Source of the DNA: an uncultured Spirochaetota bacterium
Lineage (GTDB): Bacteria > Spirochaetota > Spirochaetia > SZUA-6 > DRHE01
Direction: 5' to 3'
DNA: 64,000 bases
NCBI GenBank assembly: GCA_963745745.1
Contig: CAVUYS010000017.1
Location: 17,734 to 81,733 of the forward strand
Shown: positions 9,989-19,628 of the stretch, piece after piece
Layout: each line of letters starts with the position of its first letter
Position numbering within the stretch: position 1 is the stretch's first letter
Made by a program: the position numbers and the translations under genes
Notes under the pieces: model-generated
The model's database searches: none
Told to the model about the DNA's origin: nothing
Seen by the model: only the letters and a program-made list of their open reading frames with translations

Positions 9989-10928
9989 AGCGGATCCGCG
10001 GGTTGAGCACCGCGTACAGGATGTCGGCCACCAGGTTGGACAGGCTGTATACCGCGACCACGACCATGCTGCAGGCCTGCACCAGGACCACGTCGCGGCG
10101 CTGGATGGCGTAGACCAGCAGCCGCCCCAGCCCCGGGTAGCCGTACACCTGCTCGGTCACGATCAGCCCGCCGATCAGGTAGCCGATGCCCATGGCCACC
10201 ACGGTGATGGTCGGCAGGAGCGCGTTGCGCAGCACGTGGCGTCTCAGGACCTGCCCGCGCGGCAGGCCCTTCAGGTCGGCCGCCCGCACGTAGTCGGTCT
10301 TCAGCACCTCGATGGTGGTGGCACGGGTCATCCGCGCGACGTAGCCCAGGCTGGTCAGGCTGACGGTGATCGCCGGCAGCACCAGAAAGCGGAAGGCCTG
10401 GGGAAAGCCCGTGTTCGGGGCGATCGAGGAATTGGCCGGCAGGATGGCCAGGCCGATGGCGAAGGCGCTGATCAGCAGCAGGCCGCTGACGAACTCCGGC
10501 AGCCCGACGAAGGCCATGGAGAGGCCCGAGATGGCCTGGTCCAGGGGCTTCTCCCGGTTGAGCGCCGCGATCACCCCCAGCAGGATGCCCACCGGCACGT
10601 AGAACAGCAGCGCCAGCAGGGCCAGCATGGCCGAGTTGCGCATGCGGCCCAGCACCAGCGGGAGCACCGGCTGGCGGCTGGCCAGCGAGTCGCCCCAGTC
10701 CCCCGAGACGAAGCGGCCCAGCCAGCCGAAGTACTGGAGGTAGGCCGGGCGGTCCAGACCCAGCTCCGCGCGCAGGTTGGCCAGCGCGGCGGGGGTGGCG
10801 AACTGCCCCAGCAGCACCTGGGCCACGTCCCCGGGCAGGAGCTGCGTGGCGGCGAAGATCACCACGGAGGCCAGGAGCAGGGTCAGGACGATGAAGCCCA
10901 GGCGGCGCAGCAGGTAGGCGGTCAAGCC
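9981..10928 (-). CDS. ABC transporter permease, DppB/OppB-like (TTG start with AGGGAGGA RBS)
   Basis: LTAYLLRRLGFIVLTLLLASVVIFAATQLLPGD...EVLKTDYVRAADLKGLPRGQVLRRHVLRNALLP. No stop codon separates it from the upstream ATPase in this sequence. Confidence 0.8.
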   Translation of the reverse strand, partial: GLTAYLLRRLGFIVLTLLLASVVIFAATQLLPGDVAQVLLGQFATPAALANLRAELGLDRPAYLQYFGWLGRFVSGDWGDSLASRQPVLPLVLGRMRNSAMLALLALLFYVPVGILLGVIAALNREKPLDQAISGLSMAFVGLPEFVSGLLLISAFAIGLAILPANSSIAPNTGFPQAFRFLVLPAITVSLTSLGYVARMTRATTIEVLKTDYVRAADLKGLPRGQVLRRHVLRNALLPTITVVAMGIGYLIGGLIVTEQVYGYPGLGRLLVYAIQRRDVVLVQACSMVVVAVYSLSNLVADILYAVLNPRIRYG

Positions 10929-12988
10929 TAGTCCTCCCTTACCCTGCAGGCGCAGGAGCTCAGCGGCCGGGATGTGGCAGCTGATCCGGTGCCAGCGGCC
11001 GTGCTCCTGCCAGGGCGGCTCCTGGGTCTCGCAGATCGTCCCGATCTTGCGCGGGCAGCGGGTGTGGAAGCGACAGCCGGAGGGCACGTGCACCGCGCTG
11101 GGCACCCCGCCGTGCAGGCGGATGCCGCTCTGGGCCAGGTCGGGGTCCGGCACGGGCAGGGCCGACAGCAGCGCCTCGGTGTAGGGATGGTGCGGCGGGG
11201 AGAACACGTCCGCGGCCGAGCCGATCTCCCAGAGGCGCCCCAGGTAGATCACGGCGATCCAGTCCGACAGGTGGCGCACGGCGCTCAAGTCGTGGGAGAT
11301 GAACAGGTAGGAGGTGCCCTGCGAGTCCTGCAGGTCGGCCAGCAGGTTCATCAGCGAGGCCTGCACCGACACGTCCAGGGAGGAGAGCGGCTCGTCGCAG
11401 ATCATCAAGGCCGGATCGGTGGCGAAGGCCCGGGCGATGGCCACCCGCTGCTTCTCCCCGCCGGAGAGCTCGTGGGGCAGGCGGTGGATGTAGTCCGGAG
11501 GCAGGTTGACCGCCCGGAACAGCTCCCGCACCCGCTCCCGGATCCGGGCCCGGCTCAAGCCGCCCAGAGCCGCCAGGGGGCGCTCCACGCTGGCCCCCAC
11601 GGAGAACTGGGGATTGAGGGAGGCGTCGGGATTCTGGAAGACCATCTGGATCTTCTTGAGCTGGGCGGGCGAGCGCCGGGCGATGGTCCGGGGCAGCTTC
11701 CCGCCTTCCAGCTCGATCTCGCCCGAGGTGGCCTCCTCCAGTCCGGCGATGCAGCGGGCCAGGGTGGTCTTGCCGCAGCCGCTCTCCCCGACGATGCCCA
11801 TGGTGAAGCGCCGGCGCACCCGCACCGAGATGTCGTCCACGGCGCGCACCATCGGCCGGCCGTGCCGCAGCAGCTCCCGCAGCCCCACCCGCCAGGCGGG
11901 GAAGTACTTGCGGATATGGGCGGCCTCCAGGACCACCTCGCTCTGCACGCCGGCGGCCTCCCGGTATGCGCGTTTCTTCTGCGGCGCGGCGAAAAGGGCC
12001 GGGGAGCCGCGCAGCTCCTGCCAGCGCCGGCAGGCGGTCCGATGGTTCTCCTCGGCGGACTCCAGCGGCGGCCGCCGGTCGCGGCAGGCCTGCTCGACCC
12101 CCGGGCAGCGCGGAGCGAAGATGCAGCCCGGCGGGAGCTGGTCCGCGCGGGGGATGAGGCCCGGAATGGTATTGAGCACGATGTCGCGCTTGTCCACGTC
12201 GATGCGCGGCACGCAGCCCAGCAGGCCCAGGGTGTAGGGGTGCAGCGTGCGCTTGTACACCTCGCGCACCGGGCCCTCCTCCATCAGCTGCCCGGCGTAC
12301 ATCACCGCCACCCGGTGACCCAGGCGGGCCACCACCCCGAGGTTGTGGGTGATGTAGAGCACCGCGGTGCGGTACTCGGCCAGCAGGTCCCGGACCAGGT
12401 CCAGGATCACCGCCTCGGTGGTCACGTCCAGGGCGGTGGTCGGCTCGTCCATGATCAGCAGGCGCGGGTTGGTGGACAGGGCGATGGCGATCAGCACCCG
12501 CTGCAGCTGGCCGCCGCTCAACTGGTGGGCGTAGCGCCGGGCCACGGCCGCCGGATCGCCCATGCGCACCTTGGCCAGCATGTCCAGGGCCAGGGCGGCG
12601 GCCCGCGCCCGGGACAGGCCCAGGTGGGCCCGGACCGTCTCGGCGATCTGCTCGCCGACCATGATCGAGGGATTGATGGCGGTGTTGGGATCCTGGTGCA
12701 CCATGGTGATGCGGGCTCCCCAGGTGCGCCGCATCTGGGCGGCGGACAGCTCCAGCAGCTCGGTGCCGTCCAGGCGCACGCTGCCCGCCAGCACGCGCCC
12801 GTTGGCCGGCAGGTAGCGCACGATGGCCCGGGCCAGCGTCGTCTTGCCCGAGCCGGATTCGCCCACCAGGCCGAAGATCTCCCCCGGGGCGATGGCCAGG
12901 GTCACGCCCCGGACGGTTTCCAGCGGACCTCCCTCGGTGTCATAGGCGATGGTGAGGTCGCGGATCTCCAGCGCCGCCTGGCTCACTC
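10929..12988 (-). CDS. ABC transporter ATP-binding protein with two fused ATPase domains (DppD/DppF-like, peptide/opine/nickel family)
   Basis: GTG start overlapping the upstream stop (GTGA). Two Walker A ([18 protein letters not shown]), two [13 protein letters not shown] signatures, and C-terminal oligopeptide-ABC tails (HPYT...C). Confidence 0.8.
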
Positions 12989-13840
12989 GCTCACCCCTCC
13001 GGGCAGGAGCATGCGCCGCAGCCCGTCGCTCATGAAGCCGATCCCTACCACCAGCAGGGCGATGGCTCCGGCGGGGGCCAGCAGCGGCCACTGGGCCTGG
13101 GTGAAGTAGTTGCGGGCCTCTCCCACCATCAGGCCCCAGTCCGGGGAGGGCGGCTGCACGCCCAGACCCAGGAAGCCCAGCGAAGCCACCAGGAAGATGG
13201 CGTAGGAGAAGCGCATGGAGGCTTCCACGGCCAGCGGCGGCAGCACGTTGGGCAGGATTTCCCGGAACATGATGTAGAGGCTGTTTTCTCCGCGCAGCCG
13301 GGCGGCCTCGACGAACTGCCGGGTTTTCAGGTCCAGCACCACGCTGCGCACTACCCGCGACACCATGGGCACGTACAGGAAGCCGACGATCAGGATCACG
13401 TTCAGCCGGGAGGGCCCCAGGGAGAAGAGGATCAGCATGGCCAGCAGCAGCGGCGGCATGGAAAGCAGGACGTCCACCAGCCGCATGAGGATCTCGTCCA
13501 CCACCCGCCCGAAGTATCCGGAGACCAGGCCCAGGGTCGAGCCGATGAGGATGGCCAGGAAAGTGCCGGACCCGGCCACCACGTACACGTCCCGGCTGCC
13601 GACGATGACCCGGCTGAAGACGTCGCGGCCGAACTGGTCGGTGCCCAGGGGATGGCGGGCCGAAGGGGGCAGCAGGCGCTCCTGCAGCGACTGGTCGGAG
13701 TACTTGTAGGGAGCCACCAGGGGGCCGACCAGGGCCAGCAGCAGGAAGAAGCCGAAGATGGCGAAGCCGGCCAGCGTGGCCGGGTACCGCCGCAGGCGCC
13801 GCCAGGTGATGGCGACCCATCCCTTCCGTTTCGTATCCAT
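12983..13840 (-). CDS. ABC transporter permease, DppC/OppC-like
   Basis: ..LLPPSARHPLGTDQFGRDVFSRVIVGSR.. OppC N-terminal motif; 285 aa, multi-TM. Confidence 0.85.
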   Translation of the reverse strand: MDTKRKGWVAITWRRLRRYPATLAGFAIFGFFLLLALVGPLVAPYKYSDQSLQERLLPPSARHPLGTDQFGRDVFSRVIVGSRDVYVVAGSGTFLAILIGSTLGLVSGYFGRVVDEILMRLVDVLLSMPPLLLAMLILFSLGPSRLNVILIVGFLYVPMVSRVVRSVVLDLKTRQFVEAARLRGENSLYIMFREILPNVLPPLAVEASMRFSYAIFLVASLGFLGLGVQPPSPDWGLMVGEARNYFTQAQWPLLAPAGAIALLVVGIGFMSDGLRRMLLPGGVSE

Positions 13841-13899
13841 AAAAATCCTCCCCCCCGCGCGCCCGGGGGGGAGGTAGGTTTCACCGCGCTCGCCGGCCG

Positions 13900-15468
13900 C
13901 TATTTCTCAAAGTAGACCTGGGCCAGGTCCACCGCCGTGCCCAGATAGCCGGTGGGCACGACCCCCTTCAGCTTCTTGCTGGCGCCCCACAGGCTGTTGC
14001 TGAAGAAGGGCACCAGGATCGGGCCGCGCTCGATGAAGATCCGCTGGACCTTCTTGTAGATCTCGGCCCGCTTGGCCCGGTCCGACTCCCCCGCGGCCTG
14101 CTTGGACAGCGCGTCGATCTCCGGGTCCGCCCAATGGCTCTCGTTCCACTGGGCCGTACTGGTGTAGGCCAGCTCCAGGTAGGGCTGCGGGGTGGCCCGC
14201 GCGCCCCAGTCGGTGATGGCGAAGTCCGCCTCCAGCCACAGGTTGTCCGCGCCATAGTACACGTCAGGCGGCACCAGCTGGATGTCCACGGTCACTCCCG
14301 CCTCGGCCAGCTGCTCCTTGAGGATCGTGGCCATGGCCGGAACCGGGGAGGATTGCTGGGTGGTCAGGGTGACCTTCAGACCGGAAGCGTAGCCCGCCTC
14401 GGCCAGCAGCTTCCTGGCTTTGCTCAAGTCGCGCGGCAGCTCCGGCACGTTCAGGTAGTAGTCGGCGTAGGCCGGCCCGAACGGGGTGTCGCGGCCGGTG
14501 ACTCCCAGGCCCTGGAAAGCGCCGTCCAGGATGGCCTGGCGGTCGATGGCCGCCCGGAAGGCCTGACGCACCCGCACGTCGCCGAACGGCTGGCGATCGC
14601 TGCGCATGTGGACCACGTAGTGGGTGTTGGACGGTTTCTGGTAGACCACCAGGTTCGGGTCCGCCGCGACGGTCTTCACGTACTCGGAGGGCAGGTACAG
14701 CAGGTAGTCCACCTGCCCGCCCCGCAGCGCCTCCACCTGGGCCGAGGCCTCGGCCAGGAAGATGTACTCGATCCCGTCCAGGTACGGGAGCTGATTGCCC
14801 TTGGCGTCCTTGCGCCAGTAGTTGGGATTGCGCTTCAGGATCATGCGGTCCTCGGGCAGGTAGCTGTCGATGAGGAAGGCCCCCGAGCCGATGTGCTCGG
14901 TGGCGAAGTCCCGGGTGCCGCTCCAGACGATGAGGGTGTGGTAGTCCCCCAGGTTGGTGACCAGGTCGGGATTCGGCTGCTTGATCTTGAACACCACGGT
15001 GGCGGCATCGGGAGTGAGGATTTCGGTGATCCCGGCGAACAGGGCCACGGTAGCCGCGCCCACCTTGGGATCGCGCAGCCGGTCGAAGGTGAACTTCACG
15101 TCCTTGGAAGTGAGCTCCTGGCCGTTGTGGAACTTCACGCCCTTGCGCAGGTTGAAGGTCCAGGAGAGGCCGTCGGCGCTGACCGACCACTTCTCCGCCA
15201 GGCTGCGGCTCGGATCCGGCCGCAGGTTCTCGTCGACGTACACCAGGAAGTCGCCCCAGAACCGGCCGATCTCGTCGTCGGTGATGGAGCTGAGGAAGGC
15301 CGGATCCAGGTTGGTGGGCGCGAAGAAGGCCTTCCGGAGCACTCCCCCGTGCAGCCCCCCGCCGGCCGCTCCCGCCGCCGGCTTGGCCTCCTGGCCGCCG
15401 CTGGCCCAGAGCAGGCCCACGGAAAACAACAAAACCATGGATAGGATGGCTGGAAAAGATCTCTTCAT
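13900..15468 (-). CDS. ABC transporter substrate-binding protein, family 5 (peptide/opine/nickel type), secreted
   Basis: Signal peptide MKRSFPAILSMVLLFSVGLLWASG; 522 aa with typical SBP_bac_5 blocks. Confidence 0.85.
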   Translation of the reverse strand: MKRSFPAILSMVLLFSVGLLWASGGQEAKPAAGAAGGGLHGGVLRKAFFAPTNLDPAFLSSITDDEIGRFWGDFLVYVDENLRPDPSRSLAEKWSVSADGLSWTFNLRKGVKFHNGQELTSKDVKFTFDRLRDPKVGAATVALFAGITEILTPDAATVVFKIKQPNPDLVTNLGDYHTLIVWSGTRDFATEHIGSGAFLIDSYLPEDRMILKRNPNYWRKDAKGNQLPYLDGIEYIFLAEASAQVEALRGGQVDYLLYLPSEYVKTVAADPNLVVYQKPSNTHYVVHMRSDRQPFGDVRVRQAFRAAIDRQAILDGAFQGLGVTGRDTPFGPAYADYYLNVPELPRDLSKARKLLAEAGYASGLKVTLTTQQSSPVPAMATILKEQLAEAGVTVDIQLVPPDVYYGADNLWLEADFAITDWGARATPQPYLELAYTSTAQWNESHWADPEIDALSKQAAGESDRAKRAEIYKKVQRIFIERGPILVPFFSNSLWGASKKLKGVVPTGYLGTAVDLAQVYFEK

Positions 15469-15549
15469 CGAACATCCTCCTTCGGTACTGACAATATAGG
15501 ACCCCTCGCTGCCCGTGTCAAAGAGACGATCCGTGTGCCCAGCGCGTTC

Positions 15550-15578
15550 TTGACCCGTGCCGGGCGCGAAAGTATGAT
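15550..15578 (+). promoter_or_regulatory. Candidate sigma70 promoter TTGACC-17-TATGAT immediately upstream of mttB paralog 1 (would give a near-leaderless transcript)
   Basis: Read directly: ttgacc cgtgccgggcgcgaaag tatgat; ATG at 15588. Confidence 0.35.
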
Positions 15579-15587
15579 CGGAGGCCG

Positions 15588-16952
15588 ATGGACGGGCACC
15601 CGGACTCCAGGCCGCGCCTGCGCCTGTTGTCCCCCGAGCACAGCAGGCGCGTGCTGGAGGCCAGCTTCCGGATCCTGGCGGAAACCGGGGTCCTGGTGCG
15701 GGACGCTGAGGCCCTCCGGGCGCTGGCCGGGGCCGGCTGCGCCCAGGGCGCCGACGGGCGGGTGCGCTTCCCGCAGGTCAGGGTGCGTCGCGCCCTGGAA
15801 GGCATACCCCGCCGGCTGGTGCTGTTCGACCGCCACGGGAGGGCGGCGGTGGACACGGCCGACCGGGTTCCCCGCTTCGCCCTGGGCGCCAACTGCCTGC
15901 GCACCCTGGACTGGCGCACCGGCGAGCAGCGCTCCTCGACCCTGGCGGACATCCGCGAAACCGCGCGCCTGTGCGAAAAGCTGCCCAACCTCGAGCTGGC
16001 CGCCACCCTGGGCAACCCCAACGAGCTGCCCGCCCACGAGCAGGCCCTGGCCGCCGTGCGGGCCCTGGCTGAATACACGCGCAAGCCCCTGGTCTTCGCG
16101 GCCCACGACGAAGTGGAGGACGAAGCCATCTGGGGCTGGCTGGCCGGGCAGGCCGGCGGCTGGCAGGCCCTGGCCGACCGCCCCTTCGCCCTGGAGCTGA
16201 CCGGCCCCAGCTCGCCGCTCGAGCTGGGACAGGAGGCCTGCCGCCGCCTGGCCTTCACGGCGCGCCAGCGCCTGCCCGTAGTCTGCTACCCGGCGCTGCT
16301 GCCCGGCTTGAGCGGTCCGGTGACCCTGGAAGGGGCCCTGGCCCAGTCCACCGCGGAGATCCTGGCCGGCCTGGTGGTGCACCAGTTGGCCGGGCCAGGC
16401 TCCCCCGTGCTAACCGGCTCCTCGATCCTGCCCATGGACCTGAAGAGCGGCGGCATCGCCTACGGCTCCCCGGAATACGCCATGGCCGGTCTGGCTGCCG
16501 TGGACCTGTTCTCCGACCTGGGCATCCCCTCCTGGACCGGCGCGGGCTGCTCGGACGCGCACACCGTCGACGCCCAGGCCGCCGCCGAGGCAGGCATGAA
16601 CCTGCACCTGGCGGCGCTCTCGGGCACCGCCTTCATCCACAACCTGGGCTACCTTTCGGCCGGCAAGACCGGATCGCTGGAGATGCTGCTGCTCTGCGAC
16701 GAGCTGGCCGGCTCCGCCCGCCGCCTGGCCGCCGGCCTGACGGTGAGCGACGAGAACCTGGCCGTGGAAGCCAGCGGGCGGGCCGCCGCCGGGAGCTCGT
16801 TCCTGCTCGACGAGCACACCCTGGCCCACATGCGCTCCGCGATGTGGACCCCGGGGCTGTTCGAGCGCTCCGGTCTGGAAGACTGGCAGGGCCGGGGCTC
16901 ACCGGGCCTGCAGAAACGGCTGCGCGGGCGCTTGCGGGAGCTGCTGGGATGA
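15588..16952 (+). CDS. MttB-family methyltransferase (trimethylamine methyltransferase superfamily), non-pyrrolysine paralog 1
   Basis: 454 aa, uninterrupted (no in-frame TAG); ..LLSPEHSRRVLEASFRILAETGV.. N-terminus and ..SSFLLDEHTLAHMRSAMWTPGLFERS.. C-terminus typical of MttB/MtgB-like proteins. Confidence 0.85.
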   Translation: MDGHPDSRPRLRLLSPEHSRRVLEASFRILAETGVLVRDAEALRALAGAGCAQGADGRVRFPQVRVRRALEGIPRRLVLFDRHGRAAVDTADRVPRFALGANCLRTLDWRTGEQRSSTLADIRETARLCEKLPNLELAATLGNPNELPAHEQALAAVRALAEYTRKPLVFAAHDEVEDEAIWGWLAGQAGGWQALADRPFALELTGPSSPLELGQEACRRLAFTARQRLPVVCYPALLPGLSGPVTLEGALAQSTAEILAGLVVHQLAGPGSPVLTGSSILPMDLKSGGIAYGSPEYAMAGLAAVDLFSDLGIPSWTGAGCSDAHTVDAQAAAEAGMNLHLAALSGTAFIHNLGYLSAGKTGSLEMLLLCDELAGSARRLAAGLTVSDENLAVEASGRAAAGSSFLLDEHTLAHMRSAMWTPGLFERSGLEDWQGRGSPGLQKRLRGRLRELLG

Positions 16953-18139
16953 GCACAGCCCTGCTGGAAGAGGCGCGGGCTCTGCTTCCCGAGCTTACTG
17001 CGCTGCGCCGCGAGCTGCACCGCCATCCGGAACTCGGAGGCCAGGAGCGGCGCACCGCCGCGCTCATCGCCGAGCGTCTGAAACGTCTCGGCCTGCAGGT
17101 GCGCACGGGGGTGGCCGGCACGGGGGTGGTCGGCCTGCTGCAGGCCCGGCCCGGGGCGCCGCTGATCGCCCTGCGGGCCGATATCGACGCGCTGCCCGTC
17201 GAGGAGGCCAACGACGTTCCCTACCGCTCCACGGTGCCGGGGGTGTCCCACGCCTGCGGGCACGACGGCCATGCCGCTATTCAGCTCGGCGCGGCCGAGC
17301 TGCTCTGCCGCCACGCCGCGGAGTTGCCCGGCAACGTTCTGTTCCTGTTCCAGCCCAGCGAGGACACCCTGCCGGGGGGCGCTTTGGCCATGCTGCGGGA
17401 AGGAGTGCTGGAGGGCCGGCCGGTGCGGGCCGTGCTCTCCCTGCATCTGAATCCGCGCTTTCCGGCGGGAACGGTGGCCGTGAAGGAGGGCTGGGCCACC
17501 TGTTCCTCCCTCAGCTTTCGCTTGCGAATCACCGGCCGCGGCGGGCATGTGGCCGAGCCCGGGCAAACCGTCAACCCTTTGCTCCTGTCCGCCGCTCTCC
17601 TCACCGAGGCGGAAGCGTTACGCCGGGAGCTGGCCGGCGAGACCGAACCGCTGATCCTGGGGTTCGGCTCGGTGCACGGTGGGACCGCGGCCAACGTCAT
17701 CCCTGATTACGTGGAGGTTGCCGGCAGCCTGCGGGCCCCAACCCCCGAGCTGCTGCAGCTCTCCCTCGCGCGCTTTCAGAAGCTGGCCCGCGCGGTCACC
17801 GAACCGGCCGGGGCCCGCGTCGAGTTCCAGCTGGAGGAGGGCTACCCGCCGGTGTTCAATCATCCCGGCCTGACCGCGCGCTTCCGGGAGTCCGCCGCTG
17901 CGGTTGTCGGGACCGAACGCCTCGCCGCGCTGAAGCAGGTGCTGGCCACCGGCGACGACGTGGCCTATTTCCATCAGCGCGTCCCCGGCGTGTACTGGCA
18001 GCTGGGCTCCGGCGACCCCGCCCGGGGACTGGCCCACCCGCTGCACAGCCCGCGTTTCGACTTTGGCGATGAGCTTCTCGCTTTGGGCGCCGCCGTGCAG
18101 GCCCGGGCAGCCGGGGAGCTGCTGGCCGGGGAGCCCTGA
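16949..18139 (+). CDS. M20-family amidohydrolase (peptidase M20D, N-acyl-amino-acid amidohydrolase / hippurate hydrolase-like)
   Basis: ATGA overlap with the upstream stop; ..RRELHRHPELGGQERRTAALIAERL.., HACGHDGH metal site, 397 aa from MSTALLEEA. Confidence 0.8.
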   Translation: MSTALLEEARALLPELTALRRELHRHPELGGQERRTAALIAERLKRLGLQVRTGVAGTGVVGLLQARPGAPLIALRADIDALPVEEANDVPYRSTVPGVSHACGHDGHAAIQLGAAELLCRHAAELPGNVLFLFQPSEDTLPGGALAMLREGVLEGRPVRAVLSLHLNPRFPAGTVAVKEGWATCSSLSFRLRITGRGGHVAEPGQTVNPLLLSAALLTEAEALRRELAGETEPLILGFGSVHGGTAANVIPDYVEVAGSLRAPTPELLQLSLARFQKLARAVTEPAGARVEFQLEEGYPPVFNHPGLTARFRESAAAVVGTERLAALKQVLATGDDVAYFHQRVPGVYWQLGSGDPARGLAHPLHSPRFDFGDELLALGAAVQARAAGELLAGEP

Positions 18140-18157
18140 GCCGCGGGCCCACTGGAG

Positions 18158-19561
18158 TTGAGCATGGCACTTCGATTCGATTATCTGGACCCCGAGCAGC
18201 AGCGCCGCCTGCACGAGGCCAGCCTGGAGATCCTGGAGCGCGTCGGCGTCTGCCTGCAGGACGAGGAGTCCGTCCGGCTGCTGCGCGCCGCCGGAGCGAA
18301 GGTGGACGAGGGCGGCCGGGTGCGCCTGCCGCCCAAGCGGGTGGAGTGGGCCCTGGCTACGGCCCCCAGGAGCATCGGGCTCTGCGACCGGGAAGGAAGG
18401 CCGAGGCTGCCCCTGGAAAAGGGCAGGGTTTTTTTTGGCCCCGGTTCAGATTGTCTCTACCTCCTGGATCACCGCACCGGCGAGCGCCGGCTTCCCACCC
18501 GGCGCGACCTGGAAGAGGCGGTGCGGTTGTGTGACGGCCTGCCGAACATCGATTTCCTCATGTCCGCGTTTCTCCCGGCGGATGTCGAACCGCAGCAGGC
18601 CAACCGCCTGCAGATGCGGGCCATGCTGGAAGGCAGCAGCAAACCCATCCTGTTCGTGACCAACGACCTGGAGTCCTGCCGGGACGTGCTGCGGGCGGCG
18701 GAGGCGGTGGCCGGCGGGGAGCGGGCCCTGTCCGCAAGTCCCTCCTGCGCCTGCTACATCAACGTCACCGCCCCGCTGCGTCACAATGCCGACTCCCTCC
18801 AGAAGCTGCGCCTGCTGGCGAGCAAGGGCATCCCCACCACCTACACCCCCATGGTCCTGCGGGGGGTCAACGGCCCGGTGACCAGCGCGGGAGCCACCGC
18901 CCTGGCCAACGCCGGGGAGTTGGTGGGGCTGCTGCTGGCCCAGCTGGTCCGGGAAGGGGCGCCGGTCATCCACAGCGGGGGGTACGTCGACGTCTTCGAC
19001 ATGCTGACCATGCAGGACGCCTACTGCGGGCCGGAAAGCTACGGAAGCCGCACCTCCCTGGCCGCCTGGTACGGCCTGCCCTCCTTCGGCCTGGGCGGGG
19101 CCAGCGATTCCAAGCTGCCCGACGAGCAGGCGACGGCCGAGGCGGCCCTCACCCTGCTGATGGAGGGCCTGGCCGGGGTGAACCTGGTCCACGACCTGGG
19201 ATACCTGGAGAGCGGCAAGTGCTGCTCCCTGCAGATGCTGGCCATCTGCGACGAGCTGGCGGGCTGGGTCCGCCATTTCCTGCGCGGCAGCGAAGTGAGC
19301 CCGGAGACGCTGGCCCTGGACCTGATCGCCGAGCTGGGCCCGGAGGGGGACTACCTGTCCAGCGAGCACACCGCGCGGCACTTCCGGGAAGGATGGCAGC
19401 CCACCCTGTTCGACCGCCACCACTTCGAAGGCTGGACGGCGGCCGGAGGAAAGAGCCTGGCCCAACGGGCCCGCGAGCGGGTGGAGGAAATCCTGAGCGC
19501 CCCCGCGCCGGTGCCTCTGCCCCCGGAATCGCGGCGCAGGATCGCGGAGATCCTCGGCTGA
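18158..19561 (+). CDS. MttB-family methyltransferase, non-pyrrolysine paralog 2
   Basis: 467 aa uninterrupted; MSMALRFDYLDPEQQRRLHEASLEILERVGV...SSEHTARHFREGWQPTLFDRHHFEGW. Confidence 0.85.
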   Translation: MSMALRFDYLDPEQQRRLHEASLEILERVGVCLQDEESVRLLRAAGAKVDEGGRVRLPPKRVEWALATAPRSIGLCDREGRPRLPLEKGRVFFGPGSDCLYLLDHRTGERRLPTRRDLEEAVRLCDGLPNIDFLMSAFLPADVEPQQANRLQMRAMLEGSSKPILFVTNDLESCRDVLRAAEAVAGGERALSASPSCACYINVTAPLRHNADSLQKLRLLASKGIPTTYTPMVLRGVNGPVTSAGATALANAGELVGLLLAQLVREGAPVIHSGGYVDVFDMLTMQDAYCGPESYGSRTSLAAWYGLPSFGLGGASDSKLPDEQATAEAALTLLMEGLAGVNLVHDLGYLESGKCCSLQMLAICDELAGWVRHFLRGSEVSPETLALDLIAELGPEGDYLSSEHTARHFREGWQPTLFDRHHFEGWTAAGGKSLAQRARERVEEILSAPAPVPLPPESRRRIAEILG

Positions 19562-19587
19562 AACCGGCCGGCCGTTCTCAGCCAGCG

Positions 19588-19628
19588 GCATCCGGCGGTT
19601 TGACATCCGCCGGATGCATATATATACT
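19588..19628 (+). promoter_or_regulatory. Perfect 11-bp-stem hairpin (gcatccggcgg-tttgacat-ccgccggatgc) whose loop carries a TTGACA -35; TATACT -10 lies 17 nt downstream. Terminator/operator overlapping the promoter of the amino-acid ABC operon
   Basis: Read directly. AT-rich island between mttB paralog 2 and the ABC permease. Confidence 0.4.

Noticed and set aside
9981-13820. 1279-aa minus-strand ORF
   Set aside because: Its N-terminal about 280 aa are the out-of-frame antisense-like reading across the DppC-like gene. Only the ATPase and DppB-like parts are real, and they are separate genes with an internal TTG start and RBS.
15465-15547. Possible second promoter or operator (ctgacaatatagga, ccgtgtc...gacacg-like partial palindrome) in the SBP/mttB divergent region
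   Set aside because: The -35 candidate is CTGACA with no convincing -10 at proper spacing, and the palindrome is short and imperfect. Not reportable beyond the TTGACC-17-TATGAT element.
15588-19561. Pyrrolysine (UAG) read-through in the MttB paralogs or the MtmB homolog at 34609-35990
   Set aside because: All three are uninterrupted by TAG. The position aligned to the archaeal MtmB Pyl codon encodes ordinary residues. They are non-Pyl homologs.
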